From Bacillota bacterium (GTDB lineage Bacteria > Bacillota > DTU025), in NCBI GenBank assembly GCA_050951805.1, contig JBMNJT010000005.1, positions 1 to 64,000 on the forward strand: a stretch of DNA of 64,000 bases, read 5' to 3'. A program made the position numbers and the translations under genes. The notes under the pieces are model-generated. The model ran no database searches. It was not told where the DNA came from and was given only the letters and a program-made list of their open reading frames with translations. Below, piece by piece: positions 47,829 through 57,534 of the stretch (within the stretch, counting starts at the first letter, position 1; each line of letters opens with the position of its first letter).

Positions 47829-48788
47829 CTAGTAGCCGATCTCCTCTTTTTTGCGACGGGCATTAAACTGAAGGATCGTTACCACAAACAAGATGGCAAA
47901 GAGTATCCACGCCATAGCCGACGCATAGCCCATCCTGTATCTCTCGAATGCTTGGGTATAGATGTAGTAGAGGATCGTGTTGGTGGTTCCGCCGGGACGC
48001 CCTTCAGTCATTACATAGATCGCTTCAAAGAGGTTGAAGGCTTCGATCGTCAACATGATGGTGGCGAATACTGTGGTATTTGCGAGAAGAGGAATCGTGA
48101 TGCTCTTTATCTGCTGCCATTTGGTGGCCCCGTCTATTTCTGCCGCTTCATAGAGGTCCTTTGGGATGTTCTGAAGGCCCGTGAGATACATGATCATGTA
48201 GTAACCCGACACCTGCCAAATGCGCATGATGCTTAAGGCGGGTTTCGCCCATTTGACACTTTCCAGCCAGCGAGGGGGATTAGCAACCCCCAAGAACTGT
48301 AGGATAGTGTTGAGCACTCCCTGGTCCGGGTTGAATATCCACAGCCACACCATTCCGATAGCGACGGTAGACGTGATCGATGGCATATAGTAGGCCCCTC
48401 TGAAAAACTTGAACCCTGGCCGCTCCTTATTGAGCGCTATAGCCATAGCCATTGCCAGGATTATCCCCAAGGGAACGATGGCTACAACAAAATAGAGGGT
48501 GTTTCCCATGCATTGGATGAAATTGGGATCTTTGAACGTTCGCGCGTAATTGGCCAGTCCAACCCATTTGGGAGGGGTGAGAAGATCCCAGCTTGTAAAG
48601 GATACGTACAGTGAATAGACAAGTGAGCCGTAGACGAATATGCCGAGGCCTATCAGTGATGGCAACACAAAAGACCACGCGGTAAGCTCGCGTCTGAGGG
48701 CAGCGCGTCTCTTGTTGCTAGGCTTCGGACTTCCGGAAGTAGTGGCCAGTCCACTATCAGCTTGCTTTCCCATGTAGCCAACCTCCAT
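47829..48788 (-). CDS. carbohydrate ABC transporter permease (MalF-like)
   Basis: GLQNIPKDLYEAAEIDGA EAA motif. Confidence 0.93.
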   Translation of the reverse strand: MEVGYMGKQADSGLATTSGSPKPSNKRRAALRRELTAWSFVLPSLIGLGIFVYGSLVYSLYVSFTSWDLLTPPKWVGLANYARTFKDPNFIQCMGNTLYFVVAIVPLGIILAMAMAIALNKERPGFKFFRGAYYMPSITSTVAIGMVWLWIFNPDQGVLNTILQFLGVANPPRWLESVKWAKPALSIMRIWQVSGYYMIMYLTGLQNIPKDLYEAAEIDGATKWQQIKSITIPLLANTTVFATIMLTIEAFNLFEAIYVMTEGRPGGTTNTILYYIYTQAFERYRMGYASAMAWILFAILFVVTILQFNARRKKEEIGY

Positions 48789-48971
48789 TAAGAAGAGTGC
48801 ACGGTAAGTATCACAACTCGCTACTGACCATATATAAGCTACAGCATCTCCGTGATAACCTTGGATTTTGCCCCAAGGCTTAATACTGTGTTATTCGCAA
48901 GCCAACATTCCTAGTTATATTTATTATACTCTTTCTATCTATAACTCAAGATCCCTTCTTCGAATCCACGT

Positions 48972-49958
48972 TTACGGACGGAGCTCGTCGAACCCCTCAG
49001 CGCACGCCAGGATGCGGTTCGATCTCTCCCAATCTAGTTCAATTCCTGCCAGATCATACGCTATAAGCAACGCGCCACCTGCAGGTGAAAGCTTCGGATC
49101 GGCTATCTTGCAGCTCGGATCGATCCGCTTTATCGTAGCCGCAAACGAATCGCGCAAGGGCGCTCCAGCCTTGGATGCACCCCCTGACAGGGCAACCGGA
49201 CACCCCTGACCCTTCATACCCAAACCGTTGATTATGTGTCCCCCAAGCCTTCCCAAGTCGGCTCCGGCATCAGCCAGTATCCTGCAGGCTACGTCATCTC
49301 CCTGGGCCGCCGCGGACGAAACAGCCATCGCAAATCCCGCTATTCGCTCCCGAGTCAGTCCAGCTTTGATAATGTCCCTGGCACGCTCGACAACGAACAT
49401 CTCCATGGCCATATCCATGAGCACAGTAGCTTCGCATCTGCCTTCCGAAGCAAGGGCAACAGCCCGGAGCCCGGCAAGTCCGATTGCATAACCACTTCCC
49501 TCGTCTCCTAGGAGAGGGCCCCAGCCACCGGCGGTCAAGGTGCGCCCGTCCGAAGAGCGTCCCATCGCAAAAGATCCAGTGCCTGCAAGGACAACGACCC
49601 CGTATCCCTCCGGGAAAGCTCCGCGGAAGGTAGCATAGTCATCGCCTTCGACCTGCAGAACGTCGTAGGCCACCAAACCCGACAGGCCAGCTTCGATTAT
49701 CTCCCTACTCGCCCCCGGCACACTGGCATAAACAGCCCGCACGTGCACAGGCGCATCGGCCTCGTCTGACAGCCCTGCCCGCTCCATCGCACCCTTCGCC
49801 GCATTCTGCACAGACTCGATTGCAGTACTATCAGGAACAAAGAGGGCATTCACGGGGCCGCCCTTCCCTATTCCCAGCACCTGACCGCAGCTATCCGCAA
49901 TAACAAGGACAGTTTTGGTGCCGCCGCCATCGAGCGCCGCCACTAGATCTTCTTTCAT
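48972..49958 (-). CDS. BadF/BadG/BcrA/BcrD-family sugar kinase (N-acetylglucosamine kinase-like)
   Basis: DGGGTKT, AGTGS, GGWGPLLGDEGSGY. Confidence 0.9.
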   Translation of the reverse strand: MKEDLVAALDGGGTKTVLVIADSCGQVLGIGKGGPVNALFVPDSTAIESVQNAAKGAMERAGLSDEADAPVHVRAVYASVPGASREIIEAGLSGLVAYDVLQVEGDDYATFRGAFPEGYGVVVLAGTGSFAMGRSSDGRTLTAGGWGPLLGDEGSGYAIGLAGLRAVALASEGRCEATVLMDMAMEMFVVERARDIIKAGLTRERIAGFAMAVSSAAAQGDDVACRILADAGADLGRLGGHIINGLGMKGQGCPVALSGGASKAGAPLRDSFAATIKRIDPSCKIADPKLSPAGGALLIAYDLAGIELDWERSNRILACAEGFDELRP

Positions 49959-49986
49959 CTGATGTTCCTCCCAAGATGAATCATAC

Positions 49987-50718
49987 CTACAACGACTTTA
50001 TCATCGGCCTGTATCTTTCCAAAAGCTTCGCATTGTGTTCCATGCCCCCCGGTATGTTAGCGCTCTTGAAGATGGGCGGATCAATGCCTCTGGCAACCAG
50101 GTTTTCCACTACACCAATGGTGATGGCATTGACTATTGCAGCGCCTATTACCGTGGATACGGGAGCAATCTTCTGGGCCACGCCATCTACTTCTATAGCT
50201 GCATCGCCATATAGAACAAGAGTGTCAATTACCACGTCCCCGACCTCGCACAAGCGCACGTTTCTGTCGTTCCTCAGCGGAGTGGCGCGGGAGTATTCCA
50301 CAGCAGTAAGCGCTACTACCTTTACACCAGCGGCCTTTGCCTCGCAAGCCATCTCGACAGGCACCTGATTGACTCCGGAGGTGGACGCCACGATTATCAC
50401 ATCGCCGGACTTGACTGACGATTCGTCGAGGACGATCTTGGCCAGCCCGGGAAGACGCTCCATTTTCGAGCTCTTCCCTGCACCGTAATTGACCATCAGC
50501 GCCGGCTCGAGTATGGCATTTACAGGGGCTAACCCTCCTGCTCTGTAAAAGAGCTCCTCGCCTAGCATGTGAGAATGCCCTGGGCCGAAATAGTGCAATA
50601 TGCGTCCTTCTGCCAAAGAATCAGCAACCAACTCCGAGGCCTTCTCTATGTTGCCGCATTGGGATTGATGGACTCTGGACAGCAAAGCCTCTACAAGCTC
50701 GAAATACTCATCCACCAA
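49987..50718 (-). CDS. SIS-domain protein (UPF0309-like)
   Basis: FGPGHSHMLGEELFYRAGGL, STSGVN, FKSANIPGG. Confidence 0.9.
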   Translation of the reverse strand: MVDEYFELVEALLSRVHQSQCGNIEKASELVADSLAEGRILHYFGPGHSHMLGEELFYRAGGLAPVNAILEPALMVNYGAGKSSKMERLPGLAKIVLDESSVKSGDVIIVASTSGVNQVPVEMACEAKAAGVKVVALTAVEYSRATPLRNDRNVRLCEVGDVVIDTLVLYGDAAIEVDGVAQKIAPVSTVIGAAIVNAITIGVVENLVARGIDPPIFKSANIPGGMEHNAKLLERYRPMIKSL

Positions 50719-50737
50719 CCTTCGCCTCCCTACCTCG

Positions 50738-51469
50738 TCAACGAGTGTTCATGTAGACATGCAGCTTGTATCTGTCTCCCCTGTATACCGATGCAGTATA
50801 TTCAATGGGAGTTTCCGAAGAATCGTAGGCAATGCGTTCAACGCGAAGGACAGGGGCGCCACGCCTGATCCCCAACAGTTCGGCCTCTCTTGACTTGCAC
50901 AGGGAAGCCTCGAAACTCTGCTTGGCCCATATGGGATCTATGTGATATCTCGTCCTAAGCAGTTCATACAAGGATTTATCCTCTATGTACTCATCCAAAA
51001 GTCCGGGGCAAAGGGCTGCAGGCATCCTAAATATTTCAATGGCCATTGGCTCACCTTCGGCAAGACGAACACGCTCTATCATCACCACAAGCGAACCCTC
51101 ATCGAGCCTGAGCGCTCGTGCCGTCGCAACGTCAGCTTCTTCCTCGGAAGCTAGAACCACCCGGCCACCCGGGACTAGCCCCCGGGATCTCATGTCCTCA
51201 GAGAAACTGGTCAATTTGACCAGTTGCTGGCTGAACTTGCGTTGGGCAACACGAGTGCCCGTGCGAGGCCGCCTTATCACTAGGCCTTCCTGCACCAGCA
51301 TTTGAATGGCCTGTCTCACAGTGATCTGGCTAACACCGTGCATCTCGCATAGTTCACGTTCAGTAGGGATCCTGTCGCCCGGCCTTAACTCTCCAGTTTC
51401 GATTTTGCGTTTCCATATGTCATACACCTGCTGATAAAGGGGCGTAGGAAGATCGTGATTGAGTTCCAC
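50738..51469 (-). CDS. GntR-family regulator with UTRA domain (HutC/NagR subfamily)
   Basis: PLYQQV, IPTERELCEMHGVSQITVRQA, LTSFSEDM, YRGDRY. Confidence 0.93.
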   Translation of the reverse strand: MELNHDLPTPLYQQVYDIWKRKIETGELRPGDRIPTERELCEMHGVSQITVRQAIQMLVQEGLVIRRPRTGTRVAQRKFSQQLVKLTSFSEDMRSRGLVPGGRVVLASEEEADVATARALRLDEGSLVVMIERVRLAEGEPMAIEIFRMPAALCPGLLDEYIEDKSLYELLRTRYHIDPIWAKQSFEASLCKSREAELLGIRRGAPVLRVERIAYDSSETPIEYTASVYRGDRYKLHVYMNTR

Positions 51470-51569
51470 GCATAAGCACCACCTACAGCGGATCTGGTCC
51501 GGGGAAACTCATGTAGCGGTACGTGATATATTCTTTATACTTATTATAGATCCTTCCGTGGCAAAAAGT

Positions 51570-51961
51570 TTTTCTCATCCGCCTCAACATCCACTCAACA
51601 AGGCGCGGTTCGCCGTGTGCGGCCGTCTATGAGTCCTGTCCCGCTTTCGGGTAGATAGTAAACCTCACATCGACGCCGCAATCCCGCAAAACACTCACTA
51701 TTGCCTCGGAAAACCCCACGGGGAACCACGTTGTCTTTTGCGCCATGGAACACCCATGTTGGCACATTGGCGAGGCTTTGGGCTTTCTTCGGATTCGCGA
51801 GCCACCCGAATATCGGTACAATCGCCTTTCTCCCACATCATGCAGAAACACGAACAAGGACAATCCTCGTGTTAGTTGTAATCCTTCGGCAAGTACAGAA
51901 AATAATCCGGGCAGACGTTCTTCGCAATCTCCTTCTCCAGCCTCATGTCTTTTTGTCCCAT
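51570..51961 (-). pseudogene. decayed phospholipase/carboxylesterase (alpha/beta hydrolase) gene
   Basis: fragments YFLYLPKDYN*, LFVFLHDVGER, AIVPI, VPTWVFHGAKDNVVP, VRFTIYPKAGQDS* across frames; central nucleophile region absent. Confidence 0.75.
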
Positions 51962-52061
51962 GAACAACATCACCCTTCTACGTCGAAGCATGTATGCGCA
52001 ACGCGGTTGTGCGATCCCCACATCTTCCGGAGTATACGCTTATACGATTTACGACTCTATT

Positions 52062-52628
52062 CTAGTTTCCCAACCCCTTCCCAAGCTCGAACGCCTCTCG
52101 CATAGCCTGTGCGTTCCTAGCAGCATCGCCCGGAGCGGATGCTGTGACGCCGAGAACCCCTACAAGATCTATCCCCGTGTAGTGGAAAGCCGTGCGGAAC
52201 ATGCCGATAACATGTTCCGGGGTCGTCGGATCATCATCACCATAGGCGGTCACGATGATGGCTTTCTTTCCCCTAAGCCTGTTGCCGTCATCGCCGTTTA
52301 CCAAGGCATACCATCGATCTATGAAGGCCTTCATCTGTGCAGACGGGCCCCAAAAGTAGACCGGGGTCCCCAGAACCAACACATCGGCTTCAGCAATCTT
52401 CGGGTATATGCTCCGCATATCGTCATCCTGAACACATATCCCGTTGGTGCTGCATGATTGGCACGCCCTGCACGGCCTAATATCGGCGGAGGCAACGTCC
52501 ACGACTTCACAATCCGCGCCCACGCTCGCGACGCCGCGCAGCACTTCGTCGATCAAAGTTCGCGTGTTTCCACAAGCTCTCGGACTGCCCGAAAAAGCCA
52601 CAACTTTCAAACAAAGCACCCCCATCAA
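52062..52628 (-). CDS. flavodoxin family / iron-sulfur flavoprotein (NADPH-dependent FMN reductase-like)
   Basis: GSPR..GNT, CRACQSC..CVQDDDM, GTPVYF, KAFIDR. Confidence 0.9.
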   Translation of the reverse strand: MMGVLCLKVVAFSGSPRACGNTRTLIDEVLRGVASVGADCEVVDVASADIRPCRACQSCSTNGICVQDDDMRSIYPKIAEADVLVLGTPVYFWGPSAQMKAFIDRWYALVNGDDGNRLRGKKAIIVTAYGDDDPTTPEHVIGMFRTAFHYTGIDLVGVLGVTASAPGDAARNAQAMREAFELGKGLGN

Positions 52629-52658
52629 CTTGCCTTAACGCAAAACAACAGTTTCCCG

Positions 52659-53651
52659 CTAGATCCGCCGCCTGTCCCACACCTCCGGATTGACCAAGTG
52701 TGCCGGCATCCGGCCTCCAAGCACGTCCATTGCATCCCTTGCGACCATCGTCGCCATCTTTGTTCTGGTTGCAACAGATGCGCTTCCGATGTGGGGAACC
52801 ATGACCACATTATCCATCTCAGCCAGCTCCGGTTCGAAGTCAGGTTCGTGCTCGTAAACGTCAAGACCCGCTCCGGCAATCTTTCCTGTCTTCAAAGCCC
52901 AAACCAGCGCTTTTTCGTCAACTACCGGGCCGCGGGCGGTGTTGATCAGTATCGCCGATTCCTTCATCATATCAAGCTGAGCGGCTCCAATAAGGTGATG
53001 TGTAGACTCGGTCAACGGTACGTGAAGGCTTACAAAATCCGACTCCTGCAGAAGGGTTTCCAGCTGGCAGAAAGAAGCATTGCAGGCTCTCTCGATCTCC
53101 TCGGGGGCCCTTTGCCTGCCGGAATAGAGGACCTTCATGTTGAATCCCAACGCTCTGCGCGCCACCGCCTGGCCTATCCTGCCGAATCCCACCACTCCAA
53201 GGGTCTTATCGTAAATGTCGTGGCCCAAATAGAGCATCGGGGCCCAACCCTGAAACCTGCCCGACCGCATGAACCTGTCCGACTCCACAATCCGCCGCGC
53301 CGTGGCCATCAGCAATGCCCATGCAAGATCGGCGGTGGTCTCAGTAAGCACCCCGGGTGTGTTGGTCACCGCGATTCCCCGTTCTGTGGCGGCCGCAATA
53401 TCTATATTGTTGAACCCCACCGCGTAGTTGGCTATGACCTTCAGTTTCGGTCCGGCATCCATCACCTCAGCATCTATGTTGTCGCTGAGAAGAGTCACCA
53501 GCCCATCAGCATCCTTGACGCACGCCATCAGCTCTTCGCGAGTCATCCCCCTGTCATGCGGGTTGAAGCCGACCTCGCAACCGCCTTCGAGCATATCCAT
53601 GCCCTCCTGAGGGAGCCGCCTCGTCACATAAACTCTTGGTTTCATATCCAT
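52659..53651 (-). CDS. D-glycerate dehydrogenase / glyoxylate reductase (D-2-hydroxyacid dehydrogenase)
   Basis: AVGFNNID, NTPGVLTETTAD, GFGRIG, NTARG, PHIGSA. Confidence 0.93.
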   Translation of the reverse strand: MDMKPRVYVTRRLPQEGMDMLEGGCEVGFNPHDRGMTREELMACVKDADGLVTLLSDNIDAEVMDAGPKLKVIANYAVGFNNIDIAAATERGIAVTNTPGVLTETTADLAWALLMATARRIVESDRFMRSGRFQGWAPMLYLGHDIYDKTLGVVGFGRIGQAVARRALGFNMKVLYSGRQRAPEEIERACNASFCQLETLLQESDFVSLHVPLTESTHHLIGAAQLDMMKESAILINTARGPVVDEKALVWALKTGKIAGAGLDVYEHEPDFEPELAEMDNVVMVPHIGSASVATRTKMATMVARDAMDVLGGRMPAHLVNPEVWDRRRI

Positions 53652-53671
53652 CTCACTCCTCTGCAATTGCC

Positions 53672-54622
53672 CTATAGTTGCCGCAACATGTTCTGGCTGA
53701 AAAGCCCCATCGATTGGACGCACTCACTAAGCGCATCCTCCCATGGGCGAAGAGCAAAACCGAAATCTCTCTTAAGGCGCGCGCAGTCCAAAGTTGTATT
53801 CTTCGTTCGCCTCGCAGGCTTTCCCTCGCGGCTTCCGGGACGCACGAGAGATCCATCGCAACTAGCCAGTTCCGCAAGCTTGCACGCAAACTCGTAACGC
53901 GACGCTTTCCCCTGGTTTGCCACCACGTAAACCCCATACTCACTTTGGGCCCGTGTTCTTTCGGAAGACCCGTTCGAAAAGCAGCAAGAAACGCGGCGCC
54001 CACCGGCCCAAGAGCGCGTCATGCACCCGATGGCCACAGCAACATCCCGCGCATACGTGGGCGATGTCCATTGGTCAATCGGAGCTGTCACACATTTCCC
54101 GCTACGCAAAGCTCTTACAAAGTTGAGTATCCGGTTATTGTCACTGTGCCCTTTCGCTCCGAACAGCAGCGGAACCCGAAGGATGAAATACCTCTCAAGC
54201 AACGACTTGACCTCTTCCTCGGCAGCTAGCTTGCTCCATCCGTACACACTCAAGGGAGCAGCAAGGTCAGATTCTGTATATGGAGCATCCTTTTCGCCAC
54301 TATAGACCGCTTCGCTGCTGATGAAGACCATTTTACAATCACACAGCCTTGCGGCGAGCGCCAGATTCCAAGTTCCAAAGGTATTAAGCATGTAGGCAGC
54401 TTTTGGATCGCGCTCAGCTGCATCCATGTCGCGCTCTGCCGCACAGTGGACGATCAAATCAGGTTGGGCCCTGCGCATAAAGGAAACAACTGCCCGGGTA
54501 TCAACTACGTCAAGATCACGTCTCCCGCAAAGTCCAATCAGTTCATGTCCCTCTTGGCCTGCCAACCAATCAGCGACCTCTTCGCCCAACAGGCCTGTTG
54601 CTCCAGTCACTACTGTTCTCAC
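53672..54622 (-). CDS. rfbD: dTDP-4-dehydrorhamnose reductase family protein
   Basis: VTGATGLLG, HCAA, YGWSK, DQWTSPTY; SSEAVY variant of STDYVF. Confidence 0.8.
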   Translation of the reverse strand: MRTVVTGATGLLGEEVADWLAGQEGHELIGLCGRRDLDVVDTRAVVSFMRRAQPDLIVHCAAERDMDAAERDPKAAYMLNTFGTWNLALAARLCDCKMVFISSEAVYSGEKDAPYTESDLAAPLSVYGWSKLAAEEEVKSLLERYFILRVPLLFGAKGHSDNNRILNFVRALRSGKCVTAPIDQWTSPTYARDVAVAIGCMTRSWAGGRRVSCCFSNGSSERTRAQSEYGVYVVANQGKASRYEFACKLAELASCDGSLVRPGSREGKPARRTKNTTLDCARLKRDFGFALRPWEDALSECVQSMGLFSQNMLRQL

Positions 54623-54799
54623 AAGCTACCGCCCCCGCGATTGCATTAGTATGATTCAAATAACACCCCAACTATGTTCTCCACCAGCTTTCCAATGGAT
54701 TCCTTCTCCAGCATATTGCCACAGGGCCACTCCGCGCCGGCGCACATATGCAAATCGCATGTTTCCTCGAGGCTCGCCTGCGCCTTGCGCCTTTTTCTA

Positions 54800-55720
54800 T
54801 CAAAGCGACGCCGCCGGAAGCTCCAGTGTGGCGATGTATGGGAGATGGTCAGATGCCATAGAATGGCGCACTCGCGCAGCCTTAGGCTCTCCCACTACTC
54901 GTATGTCGAAGGACGAGAATATGAAGTCGATGCGCCGGTTGGGATCAAACGGGTCAATCGTGTATCCGCCTTTGAGATAATCCCTTTCAAAAAGCCCCTC
55001 AGATGCAATTTCCGCGCTGTCGGTGAGCACCCTGTAGACTTGGTATGTATCGTTGTACTCGTGCAACATCAACGCGATCACTGAGGATGTGGGGATGGTG
55101 TTGAAATCCCCCATGATGATGCGAGGGCACTCTGTGCGCGAGGCGATCTCGAGGAGCGCCTGAGCCTGCGCCATGCGGGACTCGTGATCCTTGACCTCCA
55201 GGTGAGTGACGAACACATTGAGCAACGTACCGTCCACATCTACTTGAGCCTCGAGAACAGCGCGCTTTTGGTTGTCATTGAAGATAGGCAGTTGATGCGT
55301 CTCGTGAGAGACGATGGGATACCGACTGATCAGCGCATTGGAGAAATAGCCGCCATCCTTGCGAGCAAAAATAGGGCCATAAGCATAGTAGAAGCCAAGT
55401 TTATCGGCGATATGTCCGGCCTGATCTTGGTAATTGAATTTTTTTGTGCATTGCTCCACCTCACACAGGCCGATAATGTCGGCGCCTTCCTCTTCGATCA
55501 GATCCGCTATTCGATCCAGGTCATACACGAAGTCGAAACCGACTCCATAATGGATATTGTATGTCATTACTGTGATACGTTTCGACCCCACAAGTCCGCC
55601 GTCTGACCCAACTGGCACCCCGGCGCCGGCGCAACAACTTGCGCCAAACAACCCATACCCGAATGCCAACAAGGCAATGATGGAAAGCACCAAGCCCTTT
55701 CTGTGTGTACAAAGCAACAT
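54800..55720 (-). CDS. secreted endonuclease/exonuclease/phosphatase family protein
   Basis: N-terminal hydrophobic segment; MTYNIH, LCEV, THL, MGDFN, RIDFIF, SDHLP. Confidence 0.9.
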   Translation of the reverse strand: MLLCTHRKGLVLSIIALLAFGYGLFGASCCAGAGVPVGSDGGLVGSKRITVMTYNIHYGVGFDFVYDLDRIADLIEEEGADIIGLCEVEQCTKKFNYQDQAGHIADKLGFYYAYGPIFARKDGGYFSNALISRYPIVSHETHQLPIFNDNQKRAVLEAQVDVDGTLLNVFVTHLEVKDHESRMAQAQALLEIASRTECPRIIMGDFNTIPTSSVIALMLHEYNDTYQVYRVLTDSAEIASEGLFERDYLKGGYTIDPFDPNRRIDFIFSSFDIRVVGEPKAARVRHSMASDHLPYIATLELPAASL

Positions 55721-56227
55721 GTGACCCGCCCCCCAAAAATACATTCATGATATACAGACGCCGGCCTGTCGGCGTCGCTTCGCTCGCCATACGAAACTCT
55801 GGCGAACAGCTGGATACCGATGAATCTTCCGTTTCGGGTAACGATTTTCCTTCCCGCAAGTGCGAGTCTTAATCAACCTGGGCTAATGGATTATGAAAGG
55901 CGGGGCCCTAAAAGCGTGGCGCATGGTTCTGGATGCTCTCAACTCAAGCAGTCCCAAAGCAAATCCTGTTACGTGGTAATCGGCAGGCGCAATGCCAGTT
56001 TACACTGTTCTGGCGTTCACAAGCGAGTCGCATAAGAAACGCAGGACAGCGCCGCCGCGAGAACCTGTTGTCTCGCAACGGCGCCGTCATTTGTATGCAG
56101 ACGGGCTTCACTCGTTGACGATCCCGGACCCCGGCACATAGCCTAGCACGCATTCACACATACGAGCGCCGGTTCTCCACCCGGAAACGCCAACCCTTCC
56201 TGTCTCGCACACTCCACTTATGGAAGG

Positions 56228-57499
56228 CTACTTCCTCCGCATTATGCGGTTTGCCTCAGCAGTGCCCTCCTTCAATGCCGCCTCAACAGGCTTCAAGCCC
56301 AAAAGTGCATTCTCAATGGCAGGTTGCATCGTGCTGAGTACCTCTTGAATATAGAGGTGTGGTGTTTCCGGTCGGCAGTTCGGCGCCTGCTCGACGAATT
56401 GCTTGATCACCGGATCCGTGACGTATTTGGCCGGTGATACTGACTTTCTGGGGGCCACAAATCCTGTGTTCTTCATTATATAGGCCATATTGTCAGGTCT
56501 GGTGAGGAAAAGCACCCATTTTGCGGCTGCATCCTTGTTCTTCGATTTGCCGAGTATCCCATAAGAACCCACAGTGCCGTAACCTATCTTCTTTGCATCC
56601 TTAAGAATAGGGCCGGCTGCAATCTCGAAATCGAGGCCTTCGGCTCTGAGCTTGATGACGTCCATGTTCTCGCGCTGCAGATCTATGCCAATCTTGCCTG
56701 ACGTGAAGGGGAGTCCGCCCCCCTGAATGTTCGACTTCTGCATATAGCCCTTGTCAATAAGACCTTTAATGAACTCCACTGCTCTCACTGCCTCAGGGCT
56801 GTCATAGATAGCCTCAGTTCCATCGGCGCTAATGAGATCTCCGCCAGCCTGCCAGACAAACGGAACCACGCTCGTAATCGGGCTCGGACGATTGAGGTCA
56901 AATCTGATGCCCCACTGATCAATCTTGCCGTCTCCGTCGGTGTCGCAGGTCAACTTGCGCGCAGCCTCTTCCAACTCAGCCCATGTCTCCGGCGGAGCCT
57001 TAGGATCGAGTCCTGCCTTCTTGAAAAGGTCTACGTTGTATATATACGTGACCACACTCTGAAGTACGGGCATAGCATAGAGGCGTCCATCATACTGACA
57101 TGACTTGATAGCGCCTGAAAAGTAGTCAGCCCTAACGCCGGAAGGCAAATACTTGTCGAGGGGCGCCAGGTTCCCCGTAGCTGCCAGTTTCGGGACTAGA
57201 AACACGTTGAGGTACATCACATCAGGAGCCTGGTTCGCGGCTAGAGCTGCCATTAGCTTCTCCATACGGCCCTGCCACGGGAGAACCTCTACATGCACTT
57301 TGATATTGGGGTTTTCTTTCTCAAATTCATTAACGAGTTTGCTGTACATTTCGATGTCATCGCTACATAGCGGGAACGCCCACATGGTCACCGTCTCCTG
57401 CCGTGCAGCCAATCCCGTGGACGCAGCAAAAAGCAAGAGGATACAGATTGTGAGCAACGTAGCGCGGAGCATTCTTACGAGCTTTCCATGCGACTTCAT
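56228..57499 (-). CDS. carbohydrate ABC transporter substrate-binding protein
   Basis: signal peptide; FEKENPNIKV, YNVDLFKKAGLD, PETWAEL, DTDGDGKIDQWG. Confidence 0.92.
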   Translation of the reverse strand: MKSHGKLVRMLRATLLTICILLLFAASTGLAARQETVTMWAFPLCSDDIEMYSKLVNEFEKENPNIKVHVEVLPWQGRMEKLMAALAANQAPDVMYLNVFLVPKLAATGNLAPLDKYLPSGVRADYFSGAIKSCQYDGRLYAMPVLQSVVTYIYNVDLFKKAGLDPKAPPETWAELEEAARKLTCDTDGDGKIDQWGIRFDLNRPSPITSVVPFVWQAGGDLISADGTEAIYDSPEAVRAVEFIKGLIDKGYMQKSNIQGGGLPFTSGKIGIDLQRENMDVIKLRAEGLDFEIAAGPILKDAKKIGYGTVGSYGILGKSKNKDAAAKWVLFLTRPDNMAYIMKNTGFVAPRKSVSPAKYVTDPVIKQFVEQAPNCRPETPHLYIQEVLSTMQPAIENALLGLKPVEAALKEGTAEANRIMRRK

Positions 57500-57534
57500 A
57501 GTATGATATTCCTCCCCTTCAGCGCTTTTAGACG

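Noticed and set aside
52458-53897. 479-aa plus-strand ORF
   Set aside because: Antisense shadow of the 2-hydroxyacid dehydrogenase and neighbouring genes
55745-56227. Possible ncRNA in a 480-bp intergenic region with hairpins
   Set aside because: Hairpins are compatible with simple terminators; no tRNA, SRP, 6S or riboswitch consensus recognised
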